DNA of 62,047 bases from a virus (Duplodnaviria > Caudoviricetes). Shown in pieces: positions 22,901 through 31,757 of the stretch. The notes beneath the pieces were generated by a model, which saw only the letters and a program-made list of their open reading frames with translations, was not told the DNA's origin and did no database searches. Where the stretch lies: positions 1 to 62,047 of the IMG/VR virus record IMGVR_UViG_3300032239_001225; one strand, given 5' to 3'. The stretch's first letter is position 1; every line of letters begins with the position of its first letter. Position numbers and translations under genes: made by a program.

Positions 22901-23951
22901 TGTAAGAACTGTAATGAATTATAAAGGTTTTGCAGCATACTCATCAAATGCAGCTGTAACAGAAATACTTACAACTCCAATAACAGATACTCAAACAACT
23001 CCAGGTGGCAATACAATTTCAATGCCATCAGATTATGTTGGAATTAATTTCTTTACCAAGGGTGCGATAATTGGTGGATGGATTGTAAATGATGGAGTAA
23101 TTACTTCTGATAAAAGCAAACAGATTACATTAACATCGGGCACAAATGCTGGAATAGTAATGTCTGGAATAGTTGGTGTTAACACTAATTATACTGTAGG
23201 CATGAGTGTTCCTTCTGCAGCAGGAGATAAAGTATTTTGGGCGGGAGCTTCAAAATCTGCTGCTAATTTTTATGTAGACACAACTGGAACAATGAATGCT
23301 ACAGGGGCAGTAATATCATCTAAGGGAAGCCTAACAACTGGAAACTCATATGTAAAAATAGATGGTGCTGCAGATAATCTTACGATATATGGACTTGCTA
23401 CAAACCATCCAGGAGCATCTCAAACATTTACTGCAACAATTACAGGTGGAGCAATTCAATCTGCTTATAGTGCAACGGTAGCGGATGTAATAACAAAAAC
23501 AACAACAACATTAAATTCTGGAAATATTTCAACTGATGGATTTATGTCAATTGTTGCATCAAAAGGTTTTCAAGTATTTGATGGTGGAACAACAACTGCT
23601 AATACTGCACCAATGATTTCTATAACTCCAGCAGGAAGTTATACAACTTTTAAAGAAACTCGTGATGGTGTTTTAAATACTTATAATGGCTCAGCTTTTG
23701 TTTCAAATGCTTCTGTTTCATTTTTAAATTCAGGTTCTGTTATATTAGGAAGCGGATCAGGCTTATCTGGCGGTACTTCAGATGGAAATACATCTTATGT
23801 TTATGTAAATGGATATGCAAGAGTTAGAAACTCAACTCCAGTAGGTACAGGTACAGGTTCATATATAAGAAATACTTATATATCGTCAGTCCCGCCATCT
23901 CCAACTGGCGGTGGCGGTTTTGTGGGGGATCTATGGGTATCAACAACATAG
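19962..23951 (+). CDS. Tail fibre/central fibre protein with fibronectin type III-like repeats
   Basis: LSWAAV..GYRIR..LTGL..G.TY.I.V FN3 pattern; Gly/Ser/Thr-rich beta-helical C-terminal half. Confidence 0.7.
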   Translation: MVKRNSQYTSEYQSPNSVGKRQTVPIDANDPRLRWDKIGQTKARLGAELDIVDFSGKALTASLTGLSITNLVVQEQVANLNVSSSTSSIADKLTSSSIYPSDISNLAASWVGTTLRITWNFDTTLLENKYFTNFSIKFTISGIDYIIKSFVVNTTGTSQSYDFTLTANESMFGFFQTSFDLVSVAPEDSFNNIGNYASIVPPVYKNSLPAPIITVTSMNEGYTVAWTPITDITLNYISIEEYISADNVNIPTGNYKQVYLDSVNPAVVLTSTTEGRWVKARFTDKAGTYGEYCTAVYITPTATVAVNTTPPNAVTYVSAVWSGNDIVISYTLPSTLAGSYFQVTLTPFTGINGYFYVYPDGTSNLNQTTIIRKADIFAQFGRYYSSFSSALFTSFSSIGIKDPNGVAFSVDQRTNPFVINGVRLVPTFTLTGIVNGYSATFNLPSYATYAEVYQKYTSWSGITVPNDAFTGTYSSGGSSGTATITLTNIKDNDGVALSPIPTGYIITGTGIPNNTYIASVSGNTITLSNNLTTQASGTYSAQGLVYSGIGPANIPSTLYQNTYIIVRYYDDFDNSSAISAEQIVIPYQPTTVDVVGPPNVLSTGLSTTSGIDLSGTLGFNGYINLSWAAVTDSQLRGYRIRFTTDAVSPVYSYVDYPIDQSNPPTGTLSYKLTGLAVGATYKIAVATYDQYNNLSTGFTSFTDATITGSPAISNYISAGNFQFGQGVDPDNATGITGTKRGLYFNSSNYWFLNSSNSARLKVGGSTSNYLLWDGSNFTIDGNISARGGSFQGNVALTASGASIYSGDVTTSAGNLTGDGFILNSGGLLIRKGTNQVSLDTTTGGINANYGSIAGWDITSAKIEKLASTKYAGLSPSGTYAFWAGSTVSGGDTTQFAVDRTGKVYATSMQISGGALDIGATSSNLTSGFHVTAAGKMYADGAQITGTLSVTGDSTFKSNIQLWTDNTTYGSIYGGASPTSGVRTVMNYKGFAAYSSNAAVTEILTTPITDTQTTPGGNTISMPSDYVGINFFTKGAIIGGWIVNDGVITSDKSKQITLTSGTNAGIVMSGIVGVNTNYTVGMSVPSAAGDKVFWAGASKSAANFYVDTTGTMNATGAVISSKGSLTTGNSYVKIDGAADNLTIYGLATNHPGASQTFTATITGGAIQSAYSATVADVITKTTTTLNSGNISTDGFMSIVASKGFQVFDGGTTTANTAPMISITPAGSYTTFKETRDGVLNTYNGSAFVSNASVSFLNSGSVILGSGSGLSGGTSDGNTSYVYVNGYARVRNSTPVGTGTGSYIRNTYISSVPPSPTGGGGFVGDLWVSTT

Positions 23952-23966
23952 AAAGGAATCTGCATA

Positions 23967-26900
23967 ATGCCATTATGGGTAAATACTAGTTCAGGTTGGC
24001 AAAAAGCTAAAACGCTTTCAGTAAAAAACGGTAGTACTTGGACTAAAATAAAAACTGCATATGTAAAGGTATCGGGCGGAAGCGGTGGTTGGAAAAGATT
24101 TTTTCCAACTACAGGTCCATATGCAGAAAATTATCCTACATTAACTTCAGATTCAGCAGGCAATAATTTTCCAGTATATGTCTATATAGGCACAATGCCA
24201 AATCCTAGTGCTCCAGCGGGATCAGGAAATGTATATGTTCAAAATAAATTATACGGACATATTGGCGATTGGAATACAAACGGATATACAATTAGCAATT
24301 TTGATTATATAATAAATGGATTTCCAGACGGGACTACAGATTTATCGGGGGTGCAATTATATACTTCAACATCATCTTTATCTGTTTCAAATAGTACAAA
24401 CATAGACTATCCTTATGACAAAACATCAACAACTGTTCCTATAATACTGTTAGATACAACTTATGATGGACAATGGACTGCTATTACAGTAACTGCAAAT
24501 ACAACATCAAAAGATTCAAATGGTGCATACATATATGGAACAGATTCAAGCGATGGCGGAAGTACTGGAAGAATATTAACAGTCAAACATCAACCAGTAA
24601 ATACATCAGCTTCAATAAGTGCATCATCATATGGTTCAGGATCAACACTCACCATGACATCTTATTGGCAAACAGCAGATGGCTACTCCATAGATTCAAA
24701 TAGAACAACATATGCTTGGTATAAAGCATCTTCAAATTCATATACAACACTTGCACAGTTGCAATCAAGTGCCACTCAGTTAAGTGGATCATCCAGCACT
24801 TATTTAGTTCAATCATCAGATATAGGATCTTATGTTTATGGAGTTGTAACTTGCTATAATGGTGGTTCTGATTATTTTAATAATGGAGTTGGAGTTTCAG
24901 TTGTTGCAGTAACATCGCAAAAAATATCTGCGGGAGTTACACAATTAACTACTCCAACATTAACTGCTCAAACTGCAGCGGGAGTTACAAAAACAACTAA
25001 TATTACAGCAGGAGATAAATTTGTATTTACTAAAGGTACATATTCAAACTATTCATCCGTTACACCTTGGTTACAATGGGGTTCAACACTTGCAAGTGCA
25101 TCGGGCACACAAAGTCAATATGTAGGTTATGATCCAAATAGTCCACATACAATCTCTACATCAGAATCATCAAATCAATATTATTTTATAGTAAGAGATA
25201 TTGTAATTGGTAATGATGGAAATCTTTATAATTTTTTTGGTAATTCGTATCAAGTAGTTCAACCATCAACTCCAGTTCCAACATTTTTTAATAATTCAAG
25301 CACAAAAGCTGGATTTAAAGGCTCAATAAATAATTACACAGGAGCTGAAAATTATACTTATTCTTTAATTAGCACAACATCAACATCAACCCCAGTATTT
25401 ACATGGGACTTACAATATGCTGCGGGGGGATATTACTCATTTATTGTTTCAAATATGAGTCCTGGAAGTACTGCAACCTACAGAATAACAGCAACTAAAA
25501 CTGGATATTCACCATCTTATGCAGATACTACAGGTGCTGCAGCAACTGCACCAGATCCATTTACTTACAGCGTAGAAGATAAATCAGTTATTCCAGATGC
25601 ACCAGTTAATGTTCAAATTATTGATAATCAAGACAATACATTTAAAGTGACATGGAGCCCACAACCTTTGTCAACAAATATTAGTGGCTACTCAGTGTAT
25701 TATTCTGGAGTAAAAACTGGAGTATCTGCAACTTACTCATTTAGTGGAACAGTATATCCCACAGGAGGCGGTCCAACCAATACTCCACCAATTGCATTTA
25801 CTTCAAGCGGTGGTGAAGATGCTCGAGTTAGATCTTTAGGACTATCACAACAATCCGTAAATGTTAATGTTTCAACAACAAATAATGCTTCTTTTTGGAC
25901 AATTAAATATGATATAACAGGAAGCGGTGCTGGAACTGGAACTGGTTTTACAGCAACTGCACTTTCTATGCCATATAACATACCGCTATATTCAGGAAAT
26001 ACTATCAGTATTACATCGGTGCAAGCATCAAATAATTATTATGATACTGTAGGAACAGCAGGAGCTTCAACATCTTTTACAATGGTTCTTCCATCTAATG
26101 AAACATATGCCAATACAACACAGCTGACTCTTAGCCCACCACCACCGATCAACACTGGATCACCATCTGCAACAGTTAATCCAATTCTTGTGTTCCAGTC
26201 AGGAACTGGAACGTCTGGACAATCAACAATATCAGTTTCAAGTTCAACAGGAATAGCAGTCGGTCAAAGTGTAACAGGTACAGGCATAGGTTCTGGTGCA
26301 AGTGTAACAAATGTAACTGGTAATACAATAACTCTTTCTTCAGCTAATTCAAGTACTGTAAGCGGCACTTTGACGTTTAGATATTCACCATCTGTTGTGT
26401 ACCTTGGAAAATCAGCTACAACAACAGACGGAACTTGGACGGGAAGTGCAAGTATTGGATACCAATGGAGATCTGCTTCCTACGGTGGTTTTTATAATGC
26501 AAGCAATTCACCAAGTACAAATTCTACATATACCGTTGCTGCTGGTGATGTTTATAATTTAAATGGAACTTTATATTGTAACGTATCTGCATATGCCCTA
26601 GCAAATCAAAAAGGCAATAAAACAACTGTTGCTTCAAACAGTATTTCAACACAAATTTCCGATACACCTACATTTAGTCAAACTGGAACCACTTGGACAT
26701 TTACTAATTTATCTAACAATATCTCTTCTTACTCTTGGTGTGTGGCTTCGACAGCAAACACATCTGCAATAACATATGGATTTTTAAATGGGTCAGGCTC
26801 ATCAAGTAATACCTGGTCAGCATCTGGAGCTACAATTTATAGTCAAGGAACAGGAAATACAATTAGCGTAGGCACAGCAGGAAGATATATTCACGTTATT

Positions 26901-27632
26901 GGCCTGGTTCAAGATCCATTAAATTCAACATATTATGCATCTTCAAGAGCAGTATCTGCTCCTACTACAATTTTGACCCCACCTGTTGTACCGCCTGTGG
27001 TTCCTCCTGTTGTACCGCCTGTGGTTCCTCCTGTTGTACCACCTGTAAGCCCACCTGTTTCAACTTCTGCACCACATGATGGATCTGTATCTATTACTGG
27101 TACAAGACAAGTTGGTTCACAACTTACAGCGGTTGTAACAAACGCATCTGGAAATCCAACTCCAACATATACAATTGTGTGGAGTACTTCAGGACAAGGA
27201 CAAGTAGGAACTGGATCAACCTATACATTAACTTCAGATGAACAAAGTAGTGCAGGCATAAACGCTATTGTAACATTTACAAATGGAATTTCTCCAAATC
27301 AAGTGGTTACTGTAAACTCGGGTTCAATTGCTGCTGCAACTACCCCACCTGTTGTTCCACCTGTTATACCACCACCTGTTGTTCCACCTGTTGTTCCACC
27401 TGTAATCCCACCACCTGTAGTTCCTCCTGTTGTACCACCTGTGGTTCCACCTGTTGTACCACCTGTAAGCCCACCTGCAGGTTGCTCAGGACCTTGTTCA
27501 GTTGCATATGCATGTGGATCAGGTACATGCGGTGCCCTAGGAGGATGTAATGCTTGTGGAGGACCTTGTTACAGAGATGGAACTTATAATTCATCATGTG
27601 GTTGTGTTGTAGCAGGAACTGCTTATTGTTAA
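23967..27632 (+). CDS. Tail fibre/adhesin with Ig-like repeats, Pro-Val linkers and Cys-rich C-terminus
   Basis: Repeated Y.W...G...STY....D.G Ig-like motifs; PPVV arrays; 10 Cys in the last 50 aa. Confidence 0.65.
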   Translation: MPLWVNTSSGWQKAKTLSVKNGSTWTKIKTAYVKVSGGSGGWKRFFPTTGPYAENYPTLTSDSAGNNFPVYVYIGTMPNPSAPAGSGNVYVQNKLYGHIGDWNTNGYTISNFDYIINGFPDGTTDLSGVQLYTSTSSLSVSNSTNIDYPYDKTSTTVPIILLDTTYDGQWTAITVTANTTSKDSNGAYIYGTDSSDGGSTGRILTVKHQPVNTSASISASSYGSGSTLTMTSYWQTADGYSIDSNRTTYAWYKASSNSYTTLAQLQSSATQLSGSSSTYLVQSSDIGSYVYGVVTCYNGGSDYFNNGVGVSVVAVTSQKISAGVTQLTTPTLTAQTAAGVTKTTNITAGDKFVFTKGTYSNYSSVTPWLQWGSTLASASGTQSQYVGYDPNSPHTISTSESSNQYYFIVRDIVIGNDGNLYNFFGNSYQVVQPSTPVPTFFNNSSTKAGFKGSINNYTGAENYTYSLISTTSTSTPVFTWDLQYAAGGYYSFIVSNMSPGSTATYRITATKTGYSPSYADTTGAAATAPDPFTYSVEDKSVIPDAPVNVQIIDNQDNTFKVTWSPQPLSTNISGYSVYYSGVKTGVSATYSFSGTVYPTGGGPTNTPPIAFTSSGGEDARVRSLGLSQQSVNVNVSTTNNASFWTIKYDITGSGAGTGTGFTATALSMPYNIPLYSGNTISITSVQASNNYYDTVGTAGASTSFTMVLPSNETYANTTQLTLSPPPPINTGSPSATVNPILVFQSGTGTSGQSTISVSSSTGIAVGQSVTGTGIGSGASVTNVTGNTITLSSANSSTVSGTLTFRYSPSVVYLGKSATTTDGTWTGSASIGYQWRSASYGGFYNASNSPSTNSTYTVAAGDVYNLNGTLYCNVSAYALANQKGNKTTVASNSISTQISDTPTFSQTGTTWTFTNLSNNISSYSWCVASTANTSAITYGFLNGSGSSSNTWSASGATIYSQGTGNTISVGTAGRYIHVIGLVQDPLNSTYYASSRAVSAPTTILTPPVVPPVVPPVVPPVVPPVVPPVSPPVSTSAPHDGSVSITGTRQVGSQLTAVVTNASGNPTPTYTIVWSTSGQGQVGTGSTYTLTSDEQSSAGINAIVTFTNGISPNQVVTVNSGSIAAATTPPVVPPVIPPPVVPPVVPPVIPPPVVPPVVPPVVPPVVPPVSPPAGCSGPCSVAYACGSGTCGALGGCNACGGPCYRDGTYNSSCGCVVAGTAYC
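26979..27062 (+). repeat. 12-nt tandem repeat encoding (PPVV)n
   Basis: Degenerate CCNCCTGTNGTN units. Confidence 0.9.
27345..27476 (+). repeat. Second 12/15-nt tandem repeat encoding PPVV/PPPVV
   Basis: CCACCTGTTGTT-type units. Confidence 0.9.
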
Positions 27633-27682
27633 TATTGACGATATTTATACGATATGATATTATAAAAAAGGAGAAAATAAAT

Positions 27683-28117
27683 ATGGCTAATTTTGCTTTT
27701 GTAGTAGAAAATGATGTATTTCATGTTGCGTATATGGATGAAAAAAACCATCCAACTGCTGAAAGGTGGGCAGCAGGACTAAGATCTAATCCTACTTTTG
27801 TTAATGTAGATGAATATCAATTTGTAGGCGTAGGATGGAAATTTAAGAATAAAAAATTTTATGATCAAGAAGATATAGAGTACACTGAAAAATATGATAA
27901 ACAAATTAAAGATTCATCAAATAAAAGCTTAGTTTTTGTTGGTATTGTAGGAGAAGAAATTTTTGGAAGAATGAGTTTTCCGTCACCAGATTTTAGCGAT
28001 GAATTTTTAGAAATGATAAATATTGCAATGAATTCAAATGTTAAAATAATTGAGTATCCTGATAAAGATATAGTTAAAATAGGCTATAAGTGGAATGGAG
28101 AAAACTTTTATGAATAA
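27683..28117 (+). CDS. Putative tail fibre assembly chaperone with internal duplication
   Basis: ATG 27683 follows AAGGAG SD; two similar halves ending GWKF..KKF and GYKW..ENF; follows the fibre gene. Confidence 0.5.
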   Translation: MANFAFVVENDVFHVAYMDEKNHPTAERWAAGLRSNPTFVNVDEYQFVGVGWKFKNKKFYDQEDIEYTEKYDKQIKDSSNKSLVFVGIVGEEIFGRMSFPSPDFSDEFLEMINIAMNSNVKIIEYPDKDIVKIGYKWNGENFYE

Positions 28118-28153
28118 AATTTTAAAATATGATATAATAAGAAAGGAGGAAAC

Positions 28154-28372
28154 ATGTCAATAGAACTTACAAATGATGAAAAAATTCAGGTAATTGAACA
28201 GCACTTGAGAAATCTTATTTATAGCGAATATAATATTGGTTTGAGTATTAAAGAAAATCAATCTGTGGCAATGCCTGATCAATCTAGCATTGATTCCTTA
28301 AATTTACAGCTTGCTGATCTTTCTGCTAAAAAAGCAGCACTAGAATCAGAACTATCTAAGTTTCAATCATAA
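28154..28372 (+). CDS. Small coiled-coil hypothetical protein
   Basis: AGGAGG SD; heptad pattern. Confidence 0.6.
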   Translation: MSIELTNDEKIQVIEQHLRNLIYSEYNIGLSIKENQSVAMPDQSSIDSLNLQLADLSAKKAALESELSKFQS

Positions 28373-28387
28373 TAGAAAAGAGATATA

Positions 28388-28600
28388 ATGGAAAAAGCGG
28401 AATTAATTATCACCGCACTACAACAACGTATTGGCGAGATGTCTGCATCTTATGAGTTAGAAAAAGCTATTTTAAGAGCTGAGTATACTGAGTTGCAAAA
28501 TAAATATGATGAACTAAATAAAAATCAACAAGATAAACAGAAAGCAATAGATGAATATTCTCAAAGCCTTTCAGAAAAAGCAACAGCCACAAATAACTAA
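28388..28600 (+). CDS. Small coiled-coil hypothetical protein
   Basis: ORF with heptad pattern. Confidence 0.6.
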   Translation: MEKAELIITALQQRIGEMSASYELEKAILRAEYTELQNKYDELNKNQQDKQKAIDEYSQSLSEKATATNN

Positions 28601-28958
28601 ATCTTTTACACCAATAGTGCCAAGTGGATTAATAGCCTTAACAGAAAAAGGCTATTTCTATATTAAAGGTAAGAAAAGATTTAAGTTTGTTTCTGAAAGA
28701 GCTATGTCCACATGGAACTTGCCAATTATAAATACAACAGAACAAAAGTTGGCGGGAATTACTGTTATGGGTACATTAGGATTAAGAGACGGATCTCTAG
28801 TAAAAGATATCTCAGATAGTAAGATCTATTTAATTAGTGATAATAAAAAAAGACATATTATTAATCCTGATGTGCTTCTTTGGATAAATTCTAGTATAAT
28901 AGAAGTATCCCAAAAGGATATTCTTGTTCACGAAGATGGAGATCCATTAGATGAATAA
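28551..28958 (+). CDS. Hypothetical protein
   Basis: 135-aa ORF with two similar Y.I...K.R segments. Confidence 0.55.
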   Translation: MNILKAFQKKQQPQITKSFTPIVPSGLIALTEKGYFYIKGKKRFKFVSERAMSTWNLPIINTTEQKLAGITVMGTLGLRDGSLVKDISDSKIYLISDNKKRHIINPDVLLWINSSIIEVSQKDILVHEDGDPLDE

Positions 28959-28979
28959 AAGGGTTTTTTATATCTTGTA

Positions 28980-29240
28980 ATGTACAAACCAGCAATGGAT
29001 TGGAAAAAACGGGATAGAAAAATAAGTCGTGAAGGTTACGTCTTAATTAAAGTTCCAGAACATCCAAAAGCATTTATGGGTTGGTATTATGAGCATAGAC
29101 TTATAATAGAAAAAGAAATAGGTAGAATTATTGATGGATGGGAAACCATACATCATATAAATGAAGATAAGCAAGATAATAGATTAATTAATCTATTTTT
29201 ATGTTCAAGATTAGAGCATAATAAAGCACACGCTGCTTGA
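28980..29240 (+). CDS. HNH endonuclease-like protein
   Basis: EHRL...E.IHHINEDKQDNRL.NL...EH...H. Confidence 0.8.
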   Translation: MYKPAMDWKKRDRKISREGYVLIKVPEHPKAFMGWYYEHRLIIEKEIGRIIDGWETIHHINEDKQDNRLINLFLCSRLEHNKAHAA

Positions 29241-29266
29241 CAGAATATAAAAATATACGCTACAAT
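29237..29266 (+). promoter_or_regulatory. Sigma-A-type promoter TTGACA-N18-TACAAT
   Basis: Consensus hexamers upstream of 29292. Confidence 0.6.
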
Positions 29267-29291
29267 GAACTAGACCTAGATAAAGGATTAT

Positions 29292-30053
29292 ATGACTACT
29301 GATTTAAAATGGATAATGGTATCGGATATTCACTTCCCCCGACACGATCCAAGAAAAGTAGAACTATTCATGAAGGTAATGAAGTGGTTCAAGCCAGATG
29401 CAGTTGATCTGCTTGGCGACATTGATGATGCAGATTCAACTTCACGTTGGTCAGCAGACTATCCTGCAGAGTTCACCATACCAGTTAGCGATGGTGGAGT
29501 TACAGGCACAAGAGATTTTCTTGCAGATGTTAGAAACATTGCAGGGTCGGAAGCAGAAATTCACTTCCACGATGGTAATCATGGCTGGACAAGACATGGT
29601 GATTACCTAGCAAAAAAAGCTCCAGCATTCCTAGAATTCATTACTCCTGATTCACTCTATGAATATAAAAAGCATGGCATTAACTGGCATGAATATGATC
29701 AGCCACCTGTTAAACGCTATGGTGATATGTATGGTCATCATGGTGAGTCCATTTCCAAACACTCTGGAGAATCAGTACGTAATGATGTCAACAACTGGGG
29801 AGTATCTCTAGTTCGTGGGCATTCGCATCGCATGGGTGCATATTATCAAACATACAATATCACGGGGCAAGAGTTACGTGGATATGAAATAGGACACTTA
29901 TGCGATGAATCAAAAATGGATTATTCCATTCAAAAGAATTGGCAGGCAGGATTTGCAGTGGCACACGTTGTCAATGATTATCCACATATGCAGCTAATAC
30001 AAATAACGCAGGATTACACCTGTGTGGTAGACGGTAAAATTTTTACCGCATAA
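29292..30053 (+). CDS. Calcineurin-like metallophosphoesterase
   Basis: SDIH, GD..D, GNH, HG and GHSH motifs. Confidence 0.85.
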   Translation: MTTDLKWIMVSDIHFPRHDPRKVELFMKVMKWFKPDAVDLLGDIDDADSTSRWSADYPAEFTIPVSDGGVTGTRDFLADVRNIAGSEAEIHFHDGNHGWTRHGDYLAKKAPAFLEFITPDSLYEYKKHGINWHEYDQPPVKRYGDMYGHHGESISKHSGESVRNDVNNWGVSLVRGHSHRMGAYYQTYNITGQELRGYEIGHLCDESKMDYSIQKNWQAGFAVAHVVNDYPHMQLIQITQDYTCVVDGKIFTA

Positions 30054-30070
30054 ATAATAGGAGAAAAAAA

Positions 30071-30334
30071 ATGAAGATTAACCAAGCGTTAATTGAGTCA
30101 TATGTTCGTAACTTGCTCGGTCAAGTTATTGCAGCAGCAACAATCGTGTCTACAACAAGCCACGTTTCTATCCCAAACTTTGGATCACACCAGTGGTCTT
30201 TGGTTGCAAACTCCCTTTGGGGTTCACTAGTACCAGTAATCTTGCGTTATGTTAACAAGAAGGATCCAGCATTCGGTCTTGTAGCAGAGCAGGCAACTGA
30301 TGCAGTCACAGCTAAGTTAGGTAAGACTAAGTAA
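30071..30334 (+). CDS. Small membrane protein, possible holin
   Basis: Two hydrophobic segments and a basic tail; GGAG SD. Confidence 0.45.
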   Translation: MKINQALIESYVRNLLGQVIAAATIVSTTSHVSIPNFGSHQWSLVANSLWGSLVPVILRYVNKKDPAFGLVAEQATDAVTAKLGKTK

Positions 30335-30355
30335 CTCTTAGTTTTATAACTTAAT

Positions 30356-30544
30356 ATGATGATTTGTAAAAGATGCAATGGACGAGTATTCGTTGATAGG
30401 GTTTATTCCCAGAACCTTCGGGTCGAATTGTTCTGCATCATGTGTGGGAAAAGATGGATGATCAAAAAGGATACGAGTAGGTTTGCACAATGGGTCGCAA
30501 AACAAGAAGCAAAAGTTCTACACGCTTACGGTATTTTTACCTAA
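30356..30544 (+). CDS. Zinc-ribbon protein
   Basis: CxxC...CxxC. Confidence 0.65.
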   Translation: MMICKRCNGRVFVDRVYSQNLRVELFCIMCGKRWMIKKDTSRFAQWVAKQEAKVLHAYGIFT

Positions 30545-31005
30545 ACGGTAAACTGCATAAAGTTTTGCGTCGTTCACGGGCAGAAGACTTAATGGTAGCC
30601 TGGGATTATCAGATGGGTAAGCGTGTTGCTTATAACTTAACTGACGTTGAGAAAAATAAACAACATGCTTATCCCATATCTGAAGTAGTTAAAATTATTG
30701 GAAGACACGAAGATACGATCAAGCAGCATTTATATAAAGGCAATATAAAAACTCCACAACAATGTTATTCTCTTAATGGAAATAAAACTCCAGGAAAATA
30801 CTATTGGAGTGAAGACGATGTAAGAGAACTGCATGAGTTTTTTAAAACTGTTCACAGGGGTAGGCCAAGAAAAGATGGCGAAACAACTCCAGGCAATATG
30901 CCAAGTAGAGCAGAGATAGAAGCTATAATGAAACAAGAAAACATTTTATACATTAAAAATGACGATGGGGCATTTGTCCCAGTTTGGAAGCAACCAGAAT
31001 GGTAG
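30490..31005 (+). CDS. Putative DNA-binding protein (MerR/Xis-like HTH)
   Basis: Y.ISEV.KIIGRH.DTI..H pattern followed by W...DV and GRPRK. Confidence 0.6.
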   Translation: MGRKTRSKSSTRLRYFYLNGKLHKVLRRSRAEDLMVAWDYQMGKRVAYNLTDVEKNKQHAYPISEVVKIIGRHEDTIKQHLYKGNIKTPQQCYSLNGNKTPGKYYWSEDDVRELHEFFKTVHRGRPRKDGETTPGNMPSRAEIEAIMKQENILYIKNDDGAFVPVWKQPEW

Positions 31006-31229
31006 ATAAGTTAAATAAAGAAGCAAAACACGTACTGGATCAATCATTACAAGTTTTAGAATATGCTATGGATATGGCTGTACAAAAAGACGATCTAGAT
31101 GCTATGATAGGTATATCGGATAGACTTATGATGCTATATCAGCACTTAGCAGATAAAAACGCTAAAAAGTTTAAGCCAGGATTTTCATTAAAAGAAAAGG
31201 AAGTTGAATCCTCAGATGAGTCAGACTAA
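30999..31229 (+). CDS. Hypothetical protein
   Basis: ORF coupled to neighbours; ATG 30999 preferred. Confidence 0.55.
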   Translation: MVDKLNKEAKHVLDQSLQVLEYAMDMAVQKDDLDAMIGISDRLMMLYQHLADKNAKKFKPGFSLKEKEVESSDESD

Positions 31230-31428
31230 TGTTAGGGTAGAGTTACAGTTTACAAAAAACTTGGGCAACTATGAAAGTTTAAAGATTGCAATTGGCATTG
31301 AAGATTTTAAGCGGGAACATGAAACAATTGACGAAGCCACAAACAGAGTGTATACTTTTGTTGAGAATAAAGTAATTGAAAAAGTCAATGAAGTTACAGA
31401 AGAGTTAAAGGGTGCAAACAAGAAATGA
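31216..31428 (+). CDS. Hypothetical protein
   Basis: T.NLGNYES motif; coupled ORF. Confidence 0.6.
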   Translation: MSQTNVRVELQFTKNLGNYESLKIAIGIEDFKREHETIDEATNRVYTFVENKVIEKVNEVTEELKGANKK

Positions 31429-31757
31429 CAAAAGATGAAGCAAAGCTGGCTTACGGACTAGTTTCGCTTTATTGTACTCTTTACAAGGAAACGTACAAGA
31501 AGCCTATTGTGATAAATAAATATCGTGAGAAGTGGGCTATGCAAGATGTAATTGATAGTGTTGGTTATGATAGAGCAAAGTTTTTACTTGAGTATTACTT
31601 TAAAACACAAAGGTCTGGGCATCCGCTAACTTGGTTTTTTTATAACTTTGAAAAGTTAGATTTTTCATTACAGCAAGAAGAAGAAGATAAAACACGCAGA
31701 GAATTAATTAGAGCAAGAACCAAATCTATGGTTACAGAAAGAGACAATGAACACTGA
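31425..31757 (+). CDS. Hypothetical protein upstream of helicase
   Basis: 110-aa ORF overlapping both neighbours. Confidence 0.6.
   Translation: MTKDEAKLAYGLVSLYCTLYKETYKKPIVINKYREKWAMQDVIDSVGYDRAKFLLEYYFKTQRSGHPLTWFFYNFEKLDFSLQQEEEDKTRRELIRARTKSMVTERDNEH

Noticed and set aside
26979-27476. Repeats as a CRISPR array or DGR target
   Set aside because: They are in-frame coding repeats without unique spacers; no reverse transcriptase or adenine-variant repeat pair was seen
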